64,000 bases of DNA from Lingula anatina (Eukaryota > Animalia > Brachiopoda), in assembly GCA_051362555.1 (NCBI GenBank), contig CM120640.1, positions 35,049,967 through 35,113,966 on the forward strand. The letters run 5' to 3'. Position 1 is the first letter of the stretch. Each line of letters starts with the position of its first letter. This document shows positions 62,894 to 64,000 of this stretch, one piece after another. A program made the position numbers and the translations under genes. The notes under the pieces were generated by a model that saw nothing but the letters and a program-made list of their open reading frames with translations, had not been told where the DNA came from and made no database searches.

Positions 62894-63978
62894 AACAAAT
62901 ACACAAGCACACACAGTCAAACAATACACTTACGTTTGTTATTGAGCCGTCATTGATGACCCTGTACTCATTGTGGAACAGCTTCACGTTGGGGTCTAAG
63001 GCGTGGATTTGTTGAAACATCTTCTCTGTAATGTACCTGTCCCCAGTCTTCTGTTCAAACCAGTCGCCATGGCCAGCGATGATTTCATTGTTTACGTCCC
63101 AGTGGGATAAACTAATATGTGGCGAAGAAGGTATACTTTTATTTCGGAAAAAGAACCAACACCCCGTTTTAAAACGCTCTGTATAAATTGTAATCAAAAG
63201 ATGATTTAATGCTGCACATGTATTTCCCCTTGCCGACTTGGCAAACTAAGGTGTGCACTTGAAGCAATGAGCTACCGAGGAGCGTTCTTAACTCCGAAAA
63301 CTGCCACCCACGTTTGAGTAGTTTACTGATGGGAAAGTGCCTAATGTATTGTACTGCACGTTAAACCGTAAATCATCTGTTTTTGTATTGTTTTTTTTAC
63401 AAATTATCCCACGTCCTTTCGACAAGCGCTTAATATATGTGTTAAAGACTACGACTTTCCTTTTTGTGTCCTCAATCACACCAAACACAATTACACATGA
63501 AAACCATGTATCTATCGCATTTTTCATTAAATCATCACACTACTTACTTCCCTTTAAATGTGTTGATAACACCCTTGATTCTCGTATCAAGCGCCGCCTT
63601 GATTTCTTCTTTTGATAACGTCTTTACCCACGTAGGAATAAATTGCTCCACTCCCCAGACAACGTTATGTCCTCTGATCTTTTTGCTGTTATAAAAAATA
63701 ATAATGTGTACATTATTGAATGAAGTTAACTGGGCTTTAGGAATACACTTTAGTCTCAACATCGGATGCAAGCTAGAAAACTGTTAAATTGGTTTTTAAA
63801 GACTGGGTTTTATAAAATCTAAATTTTTTAAAGACGCAGTTAAACATCTGTCATTGTTAAAAGGAATGAAAGTCCTTTTTCATTCACAATACATATTGGA
63901 ATTTCTTAAAATGCCCACTTACCCAAGGGACAACAGTTCTTCGATGGCAAGTTTTGGTCTCTCAGAGTTAATTGGATA
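59494..63978 (-). CDS. Second GH10 xylanase-like paralog with PCSK9-C-terminal-like modules; 5' part lies outside the window
   Basis: Exons 63923-63978, 63548-63685, 62934-63111, 62530-62637, 62060-62287, 61592-61694, 61088-61329, 60625-60853, 60266-60370, 59832-60008 and 59494-59582. WDVNNE and IWITELD are intact, and intron phases match copy 1. Confidence 0.92.
62835..62892. repeat. Compound (CT)n(CA)n microsatellite; other microsatellites at 41087-41120 (CA), 40377-40408 (TTTG) and 56713-56733 (GA)
   Basis: Directly visible dinucleotide and tetranucleotide runs. Confidence 0.9.
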
Positions 63979-64000
63979 CTAGAATCAACGTATATAATTG

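Noticed and set aside
50043-63978. Bacterial contamination or very recent HGT as the source of the xylanases
   Set aside because: Many spliceosomal introns with conserved phases, host-like base composition and host MITEs in the introns. Ancient HGT cannot be judged from this window.

Overview
AT-rich, intron-containing animal (invertebrate-like) genomic DNA; nothing prokaryotic, and no rRNA, tRNA or CRISPR was seen. Manual exon assembly (GT-AG, phase-checked) gives three consecutive tandem gene pairs. (1) Two minus-strand IAP genes: a complete BIR-BIR-BIR-UBA-RING gene at 17574-21418 and a paralog that runs off the left edge. (2) Two plus-strand 10-exon DUF21+CBS (CNNM/CorB/Mam3-type) metal transporter genes at 25945-31293 and 39541-48866. 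(3) Two minus-strand GH10 xylanase-like genes at 50043-57962 and 59494 to beyond the right edge. The standout observation is that both GH10 proteins end in a complete three-module Cys-rich domain that closely matches the PCSK9 C-terminal Cys/His-rich (resistin-like) domain, e.g. VCRAHNGYGSTAAVQAIARCC versus PCSK9 [20 protein letters not shown]. In copy 1 the architecture is signal peptide, CBM4/22-like module, GH10, beta-sandwich, S/T linker, then the PCSK9-type domain. Intergenic and intronic DNA carries LINE fragments (CR1/L2-like and RTE-like), several Helentron-associated (HINE/DINE-like) elements with internal satellite arrays, and TIR MITEs. All family assignments come from motif recognition by eye, not from database searches.
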